A stretch of 64,000 bases of DNA. Origin: Chthoniobacteraceae bacterium. Lineage in GTDB: Bacteria; Verrucomicrobiota; Verrucomicrobiia; Chthoniobacterales; Chthoniobacteraceae. The notes under the pieces were generated by a model. The model searched no databases. It was not told the DNA's origin and was given only the letters and a program-made list of their open reading frames with translations. Numbering within the stretch: position 1 is the first letter of the stretch; the number at the start of each line of letters is the position of its first letter. This document shows, piece after piece, positions 6,848-16,393 of this stretch. The position numbers were made by a program, and so were the translations under genes. Location: contig JANNWY010000083.1 in the NCBI GenBank assembly GCA_031409335.1, positions 94,692 to 158,691 on the forward strand, written 5' to 3'.

Positions 6848-9649
6848 ATGAATCCCGAAGCCACCAGCGAAACGAAATTCGCGTTCGAAGCGTTCTTTCC
6901 GCTTTGGTCGATCCTGCTCTTTGGCATCGTCGTTGTTGTGCTATCGATCTGGCTGGCCCGGCGAGATACGCGATTCGTCACCCGCCCAAAGCTGGTCTGG
7001 TTCCTTCTGTTGCTGCGCGTCTCCGCCGTGCTCATCCTGCTTTGGATGCTGGCAGGGCCAACGCTGGTGACGACGCTGCGAAAGTTCAAACGGAAGTCGA
7101 TCGCGGTGTTGGTGGATCACTCCGCGAGCATGGGGCTCGTGGACTTCGCCGATGGCTCGGGGAGTGTTACCCGATGGGCGGGATCATATGGGTATGAGCC
7201 AAAGGCCGTAAAACTTCGCCAAATAGATAGTGCGGTCGCAACCATCCATGCTGCCCAAGGTCAGCTTGTGCGCTTTGGCAAGCTGCCGGACTCCGCGAAC
7301 GACGGCGCTGCCGCTCGCGCGTTCTTGTCGGAGTGCGTGGAAGGAATTGCCAAAGGCTTGGAGCTGGTCCGGGCCAGCGTCCCGATTTTGCCGGGGAATT
7401 CCGATGAACTGAAGCCCGTGCTGCTAAATGCCGCCAAAACAATCGAGGATGGATGCCTCCAGACCTTGCGGGAGAAATCCGCCGTATTTCGCGGTGGCAA
7501 ATCGTTGAGTGCCTTGGAACGCGAGCGCTGGCTGCCGCAGCAGATTGAGCAGTTATCCCTTTCGGTTGCGACAATTCAGCGACTGGTCGATCAAGCCATC
7601 AAGGCGGGCGAAGCACCGGTCGCCAAGACCTCGACCCAACAGGCACTGGATGAATCGAAGCGGTCGCGACTGGATAAAGTCGAGGGTTATCTCGCTGCGG
7701 CGGAGGAAGGCTGGCTGAAGGAACTGGCCACCAAAGTGACCATTCATCGCTACGAGTTTGGTGAGAAAGTTCTGCCGGTTGCGGCGCATGGTTCCGATGG
7801 ACAGGGGAACGAGCGTCTAGCGAAACGAGCACTTTCCGCGGCTACTCAGCTCGGGACAGCCCTGCAAGAGATCGCGCTGGGAAACACTTCGGAACCACTC
7901 GCGGCGGCGATTTTGATCACGGATGGTGGTCAAAATGCGGGCCGTGATCCGCGCGAGATTGCTGCGTCGCTGGCGAACACCGCGATGCACATCGTGCCAA
8001 TTGGAAATACCAAAATGGAACGCGACGTGATCCTGCATCACACCCATGCGCCAAAAGCAGTTTTGCAGAACGACACGGTGGTCATCGAATCCGTGGTGAC
8101 AGCGTATGGCTGCGCAAAGGAGACACTACAGATTCGGCTGATGGAGAAGGACGCGGTGATCGATCAGCAAACGCTGAACGTGACGGGCGAGGTATTCGAT
8201 ACCCGGGTGCAACTGCGCTGGAAGGCATCGGTGCTGGGCAAGCATACCCTTGCGGTGCGAGTTACCCCGGTTAGCGACGAACGCACCGAGGAGAACAACG
8301 CGGCGACCTTGGATATCCAGGTGATGGAGGCAAAGATGCGCGTGCTGGTGGCGGATAACTTCCCGCGGTGGGAAACGCGCTATCTGCTCAATCTTTTCAA
8401 GCGCGACGAGCGGGTGACCTTTGACCAATTGCTCTTCGAGCCCCACCGGGTAAGCGGCGATGGCGTGCTTTCCAATTTCCCCATGGCACCGGAAGAGTGG
8501 TTGAAATATCGTGTGGTTATTCTCGGCGACGTGTTGTCCTCGCAACTCACGCCAGCACATCAAAAGGCGCTTCGTGACTATGTCACTGAGATGGGTGGCA
8601 ATCTCATCATCGTAGCAGGCAAGGACGCGATGCCTGCGGCCTACGTGAACGAGCCACTTGGAACATTGCTGCCCGTCCAGCCGGGCGATCGCACCGTCTC
8701 GGGAACGGTCCCATTTTATCTCCACGTGGCGGATGAGGCGTCGGACAATCTGGCGATCCAGATTTCCGAGAACTCCGCGGCCAGCGAGCGCGTCTGGCGG
8801 GAAATGAGTCTGCGGATGCCGATCTACTCGCTTTCGGAATTCTCCAAGCCCAAGCCAACGACGCATTCACTGATCTGGGCTGGCAAGAGCAAGACGGCCT
8901 TTGATCCCGGCGACCCTTCCGCGCGCAGTTTTCTCTCCTGGCACAATGTCGGTGCGGGCCGGGTCGTCTATCTGGCGGCCCCGGTCGCGTATCAATTGCG
9001 CTACCGCCAGGGCGATGGATTTCATCACCGCTTTTGGGGGCAGTTGCTGCGCTGGATTGTCGCGCGGGATTTGGCCGAAGGCTCACAAACTATCCGGCTG
9101 AGCACGGACAAACTGCGCTACGAAGTCGGCGAGCCAATTCAGGTTTCGGTGCAGCTCAGGCAGCTTGATGGCAAGGTCGTGAGTGGAGCGGCGTTGCAGA
9201 TCGAGGCATGGCAGCGCGACAATCTTTTGCACAACGTCGCCTTGAAAGAGGACGCCAGCCGGCCGGGAAGTTATCACGCGCTGGTTCCCGATGGCCCGAT
9301 GGGCCTGATGAAATTGAATCTGCTCGGCGATCGCGTGAAGGAGTTGCTCGCCTCGGAAAACTATCTCCGCCCCATCGACACCACGGTCACGATCGACCCG
9401 AACGCGATGCTCGAACTGCGGAATTCGCTTTGCAATATGCCGCTGCTTCGCGAAATCGCGGATGCGAGTGGCGGGCTGATCGTGCCTCCGACGGGTTTGG
9501 AAGCCGCGTTTGGGCAGCTGAATTTGGAGCCGGAAACCTCCGAGAGCGTCAGCAAAAAAGCCTTGTGGAATCGGTGGGACCTGTTCTACCTCTTCCTCGG
9601 GTGCCTGACCCTCGAATGGGCGGGCAGAAAGTACTTGGGATTATCGTAG
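6848..9649 (+). CDS. Membrane VWA + Ig + GATase1-like protein of the MoxR operon
   Basis: Two N-terminal TMs, DHSASM and ITDG, PRWETRYL, VVILGDV, C-terminal LWNRW...EWAGRKYLGL. Confidence 0.8.
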   Translation: MNPEATSETKFAFEAFFPLWSILLFGIVVVVLSIWLARRDTRFVTRPKLVWFLLLLRVSAVLILLWMLAGPTLVTTLRKFKRKSIAVLVDHSASMGLVDFADGSGSVTRWAGSYGYEPKAVKLRQIDSAVATIHAAQGQLVRFGKLPDSANDGAAARAFLSECVEGIAKGLELVRASVPILPGNSDELKPVLLNAAKTIEDGCLQTLREKSAVFRGGKSLSALERERWLPQQIEQLSLSVATIQRLVDQAIKAGEAPVAKTSTQQALDESKRSRLDKVEGYLAAAEEGWLKELATKVTIHRYEFGEKVLPVAAHGSDGQGNERLAKRALSAATQLGTALQEIALGNTSEPLAAAILITDGGQNAGRDPREIAASLANTAMHIVPIGNTKMERDVILHHTHAPKAVLQNDTVVIESVVTAYGCAKETLQIRLMEKDAVIDQQTLNVTGEVFDTRVQLRWKASVLGKHTLAVRVTPVSDERTEENNAATLDIQVMEAKMRVLVADNFPRWETRYLLNLFKRDERVTFDQLLFEPHRVSGDGVLSNFPMAPEEWLKYRVVILGDVLSSQLTPAHQKALRDYVTEMGGNLIIVAGKDAMPAAYVNEPLGTLLPVQPGDRTVSGTVPFYLHVADEASDNLAIQISENSAASERVWREMSLRMPIYSLSEFSKPKPTTHSLIWAGKSKTAFDPGDPSARSFLSWHNVGAGRVVYLAAPVAYQLRYRQGDGFHHRFWGQLLRWIVARDLAEGSQTIRLSTDKLRYEVGEPIQVSVQLRQLDGKVVSGAALQIEAWQRDNLLHNVALKEDASRPGSYHALVPDGPMGLMKLNLLGDRVKELLASENYLRPIDTTVTIDPNAMLELRNSLCNMPLLREIADASGGLIVPPTGLEAAFGQLNLEPETSESVSKKALWNRWDLFYLFLGCLTLEWAGRKYLGLS

Positions 9650-9668
9650 TGCTAAAAACAAACATGCC

Positions 9669-12600
9669 ATGAATACGAATGACTCGCGGTCGAACCTTCC
9701 CCCGAACGTTGCCCAAAAGCTCAGGAGCATTCGCCGACGAGCGCGCACGCTGGCATTTCTCGAAGGGCTCGCGCGCACTGGCGCGGTCCTGATCGGTGCG
9801 ATGCTCGTCGCAATGCTGATCGATTTAGCCGTGGGCTGGCTCGATCCGCGCGCGCGTTACCTCGTCACGAGCGTCGCGCTTGGCAGCGTCGCCATTCTTT
9901 GTCTGCTCTGGTGCGCGCTGCCGGTTTTGCGCCGGCGGACCATCGTCTCGACGGCTCGGGACGTGGATCAAAACGTGCCGCAGCTGGAGGAGCGCTGGTC
10001 CACCGTCACGGAACTCGCGCAGAACAATGACGCGGCGGAAGTCCGCGGGTCACAGGCGATGATCGACAAGGTGAACTCCGAAGCGGAACTCGCGAGTGAC
10101 GCGATCCATGCCAAATCGGTGGTCTCGGCGCGGCCCCTGTTTGCCGCGGGCCGCTGGCTGCTGGGAACGGCCGCGGCGCTGGCGTTGTTGATCGCTGTCA
10201 ATTTCTCGCAAGCGCGCGTGCTCCTGCATCGGTTTTGGCTGCCAGGCGACAATGTCTCACTGACCGAGTTGAGCGTCTCGCCTGCGGACACGTGGGTTCC
10301 GAAAGGGGAATCACTGACGCTGAACGCGGCGGTGAAAGGTGCCGTCCCGAAAAGCGCGCCGAAGTTGTCGATTCGCGCGGTGTCGGGAACTGCGAAGGAA
10401 ATTTCGATGTCGGCAAAGACCAGCGAAAAGGGAGCCTTCCAGCATTCAATTGCCGATGTATCGGATACCTTTGAATACCGTGCGCGGGCAGGTGATGGCC
10501 AGACGCCATGGCATCGCATCACCGCAGTGGATCGCCCGGAAATTTCCGCGGTTAAACTCACGATCGAGCCACCGAGTTACAGCAATTTGCCGAAGGAGGA
10601 GAAGAACGCGCTGCCGCAAGGCGTCCGTGTGCTTCAAGGCAGCGAAGTGACCGTGGCGTTTAAGTGCGCGCAAGCACTGGAGAAGATGTTTCTCGACTTA
10701 GGCAATGGTCGGACCGCGCAGCTCACGAGCAGCGGGGATCAGTGGTATGAATACAAGGCGCGTGCGACGGAAAGCATTGCCTTCGCCGCGGTAGCGATCA
10801 ACACGTTCAAACTGGAAAACAAAAACAGACCCGCAAGCCGGATTAGTGTCTATGAAGACCTGCCGCCGAGTGTGAAGGTGCTCGCGCCCGAGGAGGTCGC
10901 GGTGCTTCCCGGCGAGAAAGTCGATGTGGCATTCGAGGCTGCCGACGACTTTGGTGTGGCCAAGGCCGAGGTGATCGTGACGACGACCACGGCGGAGGGT
11001 GAGTCGAAATCCTTTACGCTGCCGGTGAAGCTGGACGGAGATGAAGGTAAGAAGCAGGTGCGAAAGAACATCGAATTGGACCCGGCGGCACTCGGTCTCA
11101 AACACGGCGATCAACTTACCTACGTGGTGAAGGTCACGGATACGAAACAAACGCCAACTGAAGCGGGCGCGGACTCACAAGCGCAGTCCAAGGTTGTGTC
11201 CGCGGAAGCTCAAGCGAGGGAGGCATCGACAGACGCGCAATCCAAGGAGTCGTCTGCGGAAGCTGAACCCAAGGACGCATCGAAAGAGGGACAATCCGAG
11301 GTCGCATCCGCGGAGGCTCTGGCCAGGGAGCAAAACGGGGAGGCGCAGAAGGGCGGAGAAACCAAACCGTCTGAAGGATCGGAAAAGGAAAATAAACCTG
11401 CGGATCAGGAACCTTCTTCTTTGACGGCGAAGGCTTCGGAGCAGAAGCAGGAGAAAAAGCCAGCAGACGGCAGCAGTCCGCCGCCAAATGAAATGGCTAA
11501 ACGCGCGCTCGACGCAGCCGGCCAATGCTCCTCGTGCAAGGCAGTCAAGGTCACCGTCGATGAATGGGCTGGGACTTTTGAAGGTGAGAAGCGGAAGAAG
11601 CTCGAGATCGCGATCGCGCCGGTCCTGGAGCAGATCGAGAAACTCCTTAAAACGGCGGATGCCAAAACGGACGTGCTGAAATCCGCTGCAACATCGCCAG
11701 ATGGCTTGAAGGAAAGGGACGCCGAGCCTTTGAGCACCGCGAAGGCAAATGTTGCTGAATCGAAGGGCGCAATCGCCGGGCTGAAATCGCGGACGGCTGG
11801 CACTCCGTACGCGTTTGCCGGACTTCAGTTGCACAATATCGGCGAGGCACACGTGACTCCGTCGCACCGCAATCTCGATCAAGTTTCGATCGCCCCGCCG
11901 CCCGCGGAAGGGAATGCAAAACCGATCGAGCAGGCATCTTTCCACATTGGCCGCGCGAGGGAGATGCTGGCCGATCTCACGCGGACCTTTGAACAGGTAA
12001 AGCGCGAGCAGAAGATCGCCGATGCCATGCAGAAGCTGGCGAAGATGCATCAGATCTTCATCGAAGATACGCAGGCAATGCTTGGTAGCTCGAAGGCTGC
12101 AATCAACTCGTTCGATCGAAAGGTCGCGGAAGTGGACGATCAATTTGTCGAGAAGCTCAAGGCGTTGCTGGAAGAAAAGAAGAAGGTCTTGGCCGAGCTA
12201 TCGAAGCTGCTGTCCGAAGATCCGCGCCTGCTGCGCCGCTACCTCGCGATGCAACAGCTGCAATGCGCCAGTTACCGCGATCAGATGACGCTGCTCGCGG
12301 AGCGGCAGAAGCAGGTGCAAAAACAGATCGCCGCATGGAACGCCAGCGACGAAACCGGGCGCGCGGCGTTGGTCCCGCAATTCCAGAAAGACTATGCGGC
12401 GGATCAGCGGAAAGTCGTGCTGGATGCCACGACGCTTCGCGACAATCTGGAAACATGGCTGCCGCTGGACGTGAAGCCGGATGTGAAACAGGTCGAAGCG
12501 GCGCTTCGCCAGGCGGAGAAGATCGTTGAGATGACTGCGAAGGATGCCCAGTCCGAAACGTCGGGCGACGACAGCGGAAAGGCATCCCTCGAAGCCATGC

Positions 12601-13544
12601 GCGCCATGCGGGAGAATCTCTCGCAAGTCAGCCAAATGAATTCAAAGGATAAAGTGCGGATGACCAGCTATCTCGCCAACCGTCAGGTGGAGTTGGAATC
12701 ACTCATTGCCAGCCAGACTGCGCGGATGGTGGTCCAAGCATCTTTGAACCACGGAGACTTTCCGAAAGTAGCGGAAGTCACCCAGCAGGGTATCGCGCAG
12801 GAGACGACGACGTTGAGCCAAAAACTCGAGGCGACGGAGAAACAGGTTGCGCGGCTTTCGGAGGAAATTTCCGTCAAAGCGGCCATGCTGAACAAGACCG
12901 TCAAGGGCGACATCGTTTCTCCGCAGGATGCCTCCGTGCAGAAGCTGGCCAATAAAGACATCAAGTCTGCCGGTGAAGTGCTCAACGGAGTCGTGCCCGC
13001 GTTTGCGCTGGCGGAACAGACTTTCGACGAACTCATGCGCTTGATTATTGCAAAGCTCGACGAAGCCCCGGCACCCAGCGCGCCTGGCCAGGCACCCCAA
13101 TTGGATGCGCTGCTCGCGATGCTTCAGGATGAGATGAAGGCATGTGAGAGCCTTGGCATTCCCTGTCGTCCGATGAACGTCACCGTCAACAGCGATTGGA
13201 TGAAGCCCGGTGCCAGCTCTGGGCAGGGGCAGGGAATGGGTCAAGCGCAAGCCCAGGCTGCGAAGGCACAGGCGCAACAGGCCAAGGCGGACGCGGAGCG
13301 GCTCGAAAAGCAGGCGCGGGAAAACGCCCAAAACGCCGGGCAGGCAGCGATCAAGAATGCGTCCGCGCCGAAGGAAAGTCCGGTTGCGACGGGCAACCGC
13401 TCACCCGCCTGGAACAAGCTGACCTCAAGGCTCCAAAAGGACCTGCTGCAAGGCCGTGACAACACTCCGCCCGAGCAGTATCGCACGGCGATCGACAGCT
13501 ATTTCAAGATCATCTCGGAAACGACAAGTCCTGTCGAAAAATAG
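9669..13544 (+). CDS. Large membrane-anchored Ig + coiled-coil protein (DUF4175-like)
   Basis: Three N-terminal TMs, LEERWSTVTEL, EPPSYS, AADDFGV, long helical region, C-terminal PPEQYRTAIDSYFK. Confidence 0.75.
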   Translation: MNTNDSRSNLPPNVAQKLRSIRRRARTLAFLEGLARTGAVLIGAMLVAMLIDLAVGWLDPRARYLVTSVALGSVAILCLLWCALPVLRRRTIVSTARDVDQNVPQLEERWSTVTELAQNNDAAEVRGSQAMIDKVNSEAELASDAIHAKSVVSARPLFAAGRWLLGTAAALALLIAVNFSQARVLLHRFWLPGDNVSLTELSVSPADTWVPKGESLTLNAAVKGAVPKSAPKLSIRAVSGTAKEISMSAKTSEKGAFQHSIADVSDTFEYRARAGDGQTPWHRITAVDRPEISAVKLTIEPPSYSNLPKEEKNALPQGVRVLQGSEVTVAFKCAQALEKMFLDLGNGRTAQLTSSGDQWYEYKARATESIAFAAVAINTFKLENKNRPASRISVYEDLPPSVKVLAPEEVAVLPGEKVDVAFEAADDFGVAKAEVIVTTTTAEGESKSFTLPVKLDGDEGKKQVRKNIELDPAALGLKHGDQLTYVVKVTDTKQTPTEAGADSQAQSKVVSAEAQAREASTDAQSKESSAEAEPKDASKEGQSEVASAEALAREQNGEAQKGGETKPSEGSEKENKPADQEPSSLTAKASEQKQEKKPADGSSPPPNEMAKRALDAAGQCSSCKAVKVTVDEWAGTFEGEKRKKLEIAIAPVLEQIEKLLKTADAKTDVLKSAATSPDGLKERDAEPLSTAKANVAESKGAIAGLKSRTAGTPYAFAGLQLHNIGEAHVTPSHRNLDQVSIAPPPAEGNAKPIEQASFHIGRAREMLADLTRTFEQVKREQKIADAMQKLAKMHQIFIEDTQAMLGSSKAAINSFDRKVAEVDDQFVEKLKALLEEKKKVLAELSKLLSEDPRLLRRYLAMQQLQCASYRDQMTLLAERQKQVQKQIAAWNASDETGRAALVPQFQKDYAADQRKVVLDATTLRDNLETWLPLDVKPDVKQVEAALRQAEKIVEMTAKDAQSETSGDDSGKASLEAMRAMRENLSQVSQMNSKDKVRMTSYLANRQVELESLIASQTARMVVQASLNHGDFPKVAEVTQQGIAQETTTLSQKLEATEKQVARLSEEISVKAAMLNKTVKGDIVSPQDASVQKLANKDIKSAGEVLNGVVPAFALAEQTFDELMRLIIAKLDEAPAPSAPGQAPQLDALLAMLQDEMKACESLGIPCRPMNVTVNSDWMKPGASSGQGQGMGQAQAQAAKAQAQQAKADAERLEKQARENAQNAGQAAIKNASAPKESPVATGNRSPAWNKLTSRLQKDLLQGRDNTPPEQYRTAIDSYFKIISETTSPVEK

Positions 13545-13548
13545 TGGG

Positions 13549-14772
13549 ATGGGAGCGCGCGTTCTTCGGCAAAGGCAGAACCCATGGAGTCATTCGCCAT
13601 GGAAATCGTGGTGTGTCGCCATGCTGCTATTCGCGGGCATCGCCAACGCGAATGCCGCGGAACCCGTTGCGGCACCCACCAGTGCCGAGAGTGATTCGCT
13701 CGCGGCTGCCCTGACGCCGCAGGCATGGGAACAGGTCGAGCGTTCGATTGATCGCGCGCTTGCGTGGCTGGCCAAACAACAAGCGGCGGACGGTTCCTTT
13801 GAAGCGCCGGATACCGCGCAACCTGCCGCGACCAGCCTGGCGATTATGGCCTACCTTTCCAAAGGACATTTGCCGGGCGAAGGGCCGTATGGAAAACAGA
13901 TCGACAAGGCAATCGACTACGTTGTGGGCTTGCAGCAATCGAGTGGACTGCTTGCCGCTGGCAGCGATGGTTCGACGATTTCCATTCAAACACAGTTCCA
14001 GATGGAAACCATCCCCGCGTCCTCAAAGACGGCGAACTACAATCATGCGATCGCCGGGCTGATGCTGACCGAGGTGTACGGCACCACCGATCGGGTTCGC
14101 GCCGCGAGGCTGAAACCGGCAATTGTGAAAGCGTTGAATTTTTCGCGCCGCGTCCAAACGCAGCCTAAATCGGTGCCGCAGGACAAAGGGGGATGGCGCT
14201 ATCTGAATTCCTCGTCAGCCGGCGACTCCGACCTTTCCGTGACGAGTTGGCAGTTGATGTTTTATCGCTCCGCGAGGAATGCCGAGTTCACCGTGCCAAA
14301 GGAGTTTGTGGATGATGCCGTGGGTTACGTGCTGCGTTGCTGGAGCGAGCCGCAGGGTATCTTCTACTACAAACAGACTGGCACTGAGGCACGATGGAGC
14401 CGCGGGATGGTGGGTGCCGGCGTCTTGTGCCTGGCGATGGCTGGCCAGCACCAGACACGCATTTCCCAACGTGCCGGAGAATGGTTGCTGACCCGTCCGT
14501 TTCAGCAATTCGGCGAGAGAGTTGGCGGCGGTGATCGGTTCTTTTACAGCGCCTACTATTGCAGCCAGGCCATGGCGCAGTTGGGCGGGCGATACTGGAA
14601 GCAGTTCTTTCCGAGCCTCGTCAACGTGCTGCTGCAAAATCAGCAGTCGTCAGGCGAATGGCCGGCGGAACCGTATGGCTCGGACCGGTCATTTGGGAAT
14701 ACCTATACCACCGCGATGGCGGTGTTATCCCTCACGCCACCGTTGCAACTCCTGCCGGTTTATCAGCGGTAG
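13549..14772 (+). CDS. Prenyltransferase/squalene-oxidase repeat (alpha-alpha toroid) protein, probably exported; start uncertain
   Basis: ALAWLAKQQAADGSF, YNHAIAGLML, GGWRY...SDLSVTSWQ, FFYSAYYCSQA, QQSSGEW, YTTAMAVL; signal-like ANANA. Confidence 0.82.
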   Translation: MGARVLRQRQNPWSHSPWKSWCVAMLLFAGIANANAAEPVAAPTSAESDSLAAALTPQAWEQVERSIDRALAWLAKQQAADGSFEAPDTAQPAATSLAIMAYLSKGHLPGEGPYGKQIDKAIDYVVGLQQSSGLLAAGSDGSTISIQTQFQMETIPASSKTANYNHAIAGLMLTEVYGTTDRVRAARLKPAIVKALNFSRRVQTQPKSVPQDKGGWRYLNSSSAGDSDLSVTSWQLMFYRSARNAEFTVPKEFVDDAVGYVLRCWSEPQGIFYYKQTGTEARWSRGMVGAGVLCLAMAGQHQTRISQRAGEWLLTRPFQQFGERVGGGDRFFYSAYYCSQAMAQLGGRYWKQFFPSLVNVLLQNQQSSGEWPAEPYGSDRSFGNTYTTAMAVLSLTPPLQLLPVYQR

Positions 14773-14863
14773 CAGCGAAGGAGGGAAACGGGCTTCGCGC
14801 ATGGTTCCAACCTGGCTGTCGATCCACCCATCCCGTGACGCTGCGACTTCGTCCAAATGCCTG

Positions 14864-16393
14864 CTATGGCGCGGCGGCAACCTGCACGTCGAACACACCC
14901 GTGAGCACGCGGCCGCCGATGCGGACCTGCACCCACAGCCGATACGCGCCCGGCCGCGGAAAGGCGTATGGGAAAGTGATCGCGGTGGTCGGATCGACCT
15001 TCTCCTGAGGGGAAATTTCCATGCGCTCACTGGCATTGAGGATTTCCTGCGCGGCCATCGAAATCGTGCCGACGGGATGGAGGTGGGTGAAGACTTCGCC
15101 ATCCTCGCGCCGCACCACCGCGTGGCCGCGCATGGCCATGTAGGATTGGATCGCCGCGCGTTCGCCCCCCGCGGTGAAGACGCTGAAGCGCAATGATGCC
15201 TCCCGGTTTTCCACAAGATCGCCGGCATTCTCGAAGACCATGCTGCTGCCGCCCATGAGTCGGCTGACTTGCGCGCGCGAGGCAGCGGCGGGACGCGGCG
15301 GCGGGCTGATGTGCCACGAGTCGTCGGCGTCGAGCGTGAAAGGTTGCGCGCCATTTCCGATCGGGACGAGTGGCGACTGGCAGATGATTTCGTTGAGCAT
15401 TTTCGGGTCGAGCGCGGCTTGCGCGGCGGTGCCGATCGGTGGGGGAATTTCAACGCTCGCGGTGAGCGTTTCGCTGGTGCCGTTTTCGCGCGTGATTTCT
15501 CCGTAGAGCCGGTAGGTGCCGGCGGGCAGCGCGGGGAGCACATTTTCAAACGAGGCCGCATCGCGCCGCACCGGATGGAGGTGGGCGAAGGCATTGCAGC
15601 CGGGCTCGCGGACGAGGAAGAGGTGCATGAGTTTTCCGTGATCGGCGACGAGTGTTTCCCATTCTTCAGAGGCAGTCTGCGGAGTGAGTCGCAAGCGATG
15701 CACGGGGCCGTTGGCGAGGATGTTTGCGACGACGGGGAGCGGGCGGGCGAGGGCGTTGGTGCGGAATTCGCGATCCATCGTGCGCCAGCGCGCGGTGCCT
15801 GCGCCGAGCGCGGTCGTGAGGATGAGCGTGGTGGCGATCATGGCGATGCGCGCGCGGCGGTGGTCGCGCAGTGCGGGGGCGCATCCGGGCGCGAGTGTGC
15901 CCTCGCGCGCCACCGCGCCCACGATGCAAACCGCGCCGATCAGCAAAATCCCGCCAAGGCCGGCGAGCACGGCCCCGAGCGCGGGCGGCATCGCCGGGCG
16001 TCGCGTGGCGGCGGAGTTGAGGGGCACGACTACGGAGCCATTGCCGAGCGAGCCTTCGACCGTGACGCGGATGCTGTAGGCACCATCGCGGAAGAGCCAC
16101 AGTGCGGCGTTGAAAAGGTGCGCGTCACCCGCGACGGCGGTCGCGCGGAGCGGCGGGGGCGCGGCCTCGTGGCCGGCTTCCGCCAAAGCGGCTTGCAGCG
16201 AAACATCGCTGACGCCATCCGTGCCGACACGCACATCGACCTGCGCGACGCCCGGCAGCGTCGCGGGCGGGCGGATGATGACGCGCACCGGATGCGGCCC
16301 GGCGTTGCCTTCAAAAAAAACATTTGGACTCCCGATGTGTGCGCGCGCCCCGAGCGGGAGCAGGATGAGGAAAGCGCAGAGGAGCGCCTTCAT
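14864..16393 (-). CDS. Exported His-rich putative metal-binding membrane protein (509 aa)
   Basis: ATG 16393 overlaps the upstream stop; signal peptide ending ARA then HIGSP; two central TMs; DHGKLMHLF, HLHP (twice), MRGH. Confidence 0.75.
   Translation of the reverse strand: MKALLCAFLILLPLGARAHIGSPNVFFEGNAGPHPVRVIIRPPATLPGVAQVDVRVGTDGVSDVSLQAALAEAGHEAAPPPLRATAVAGDAHLFNAALWLFRDGAYSIRVTVEGSLGNGSVVVPLNSAATRRPAMPPALGAVLAGLGGILLIGAVCIVGAVAREGTLAPGCAPALRDHRRARIAMIATTLILTTALGAGTARWRTMDREFRTNALARPLPVVANILANGPVHRLRLTPQTASEEWETLVADHGKLMHLFLVREPGCNAFAHLHPVRRDAASFENVLPALPAGTYRLYGEITRENGTSETLTASVEIPPPIGTAAQAALDPKMLNEIICQSPLVPIGNGAQPFTLDADDSWHISPPPRPAAASRAQVSRLMGGSSMVFENAGDLVENREASLRFSVFTAGGERAAIQSYMAMRGHAVVRREDGEVFTHLHPVGTISMAAQEILNASERMEISPQEKVDPTTAITFPYAFPRPGAYRLWVQVRIGGRVLTGVFDVQVAAAP

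Noticed and set aside
13549..14772. Squalene-hopene cyclase or terpene biosynthesis gene
   Set aside because: Single toroid of about 400 aa with a signal-like N-terminus and no DxDD motif; fits the MoxR-associated repeat family.
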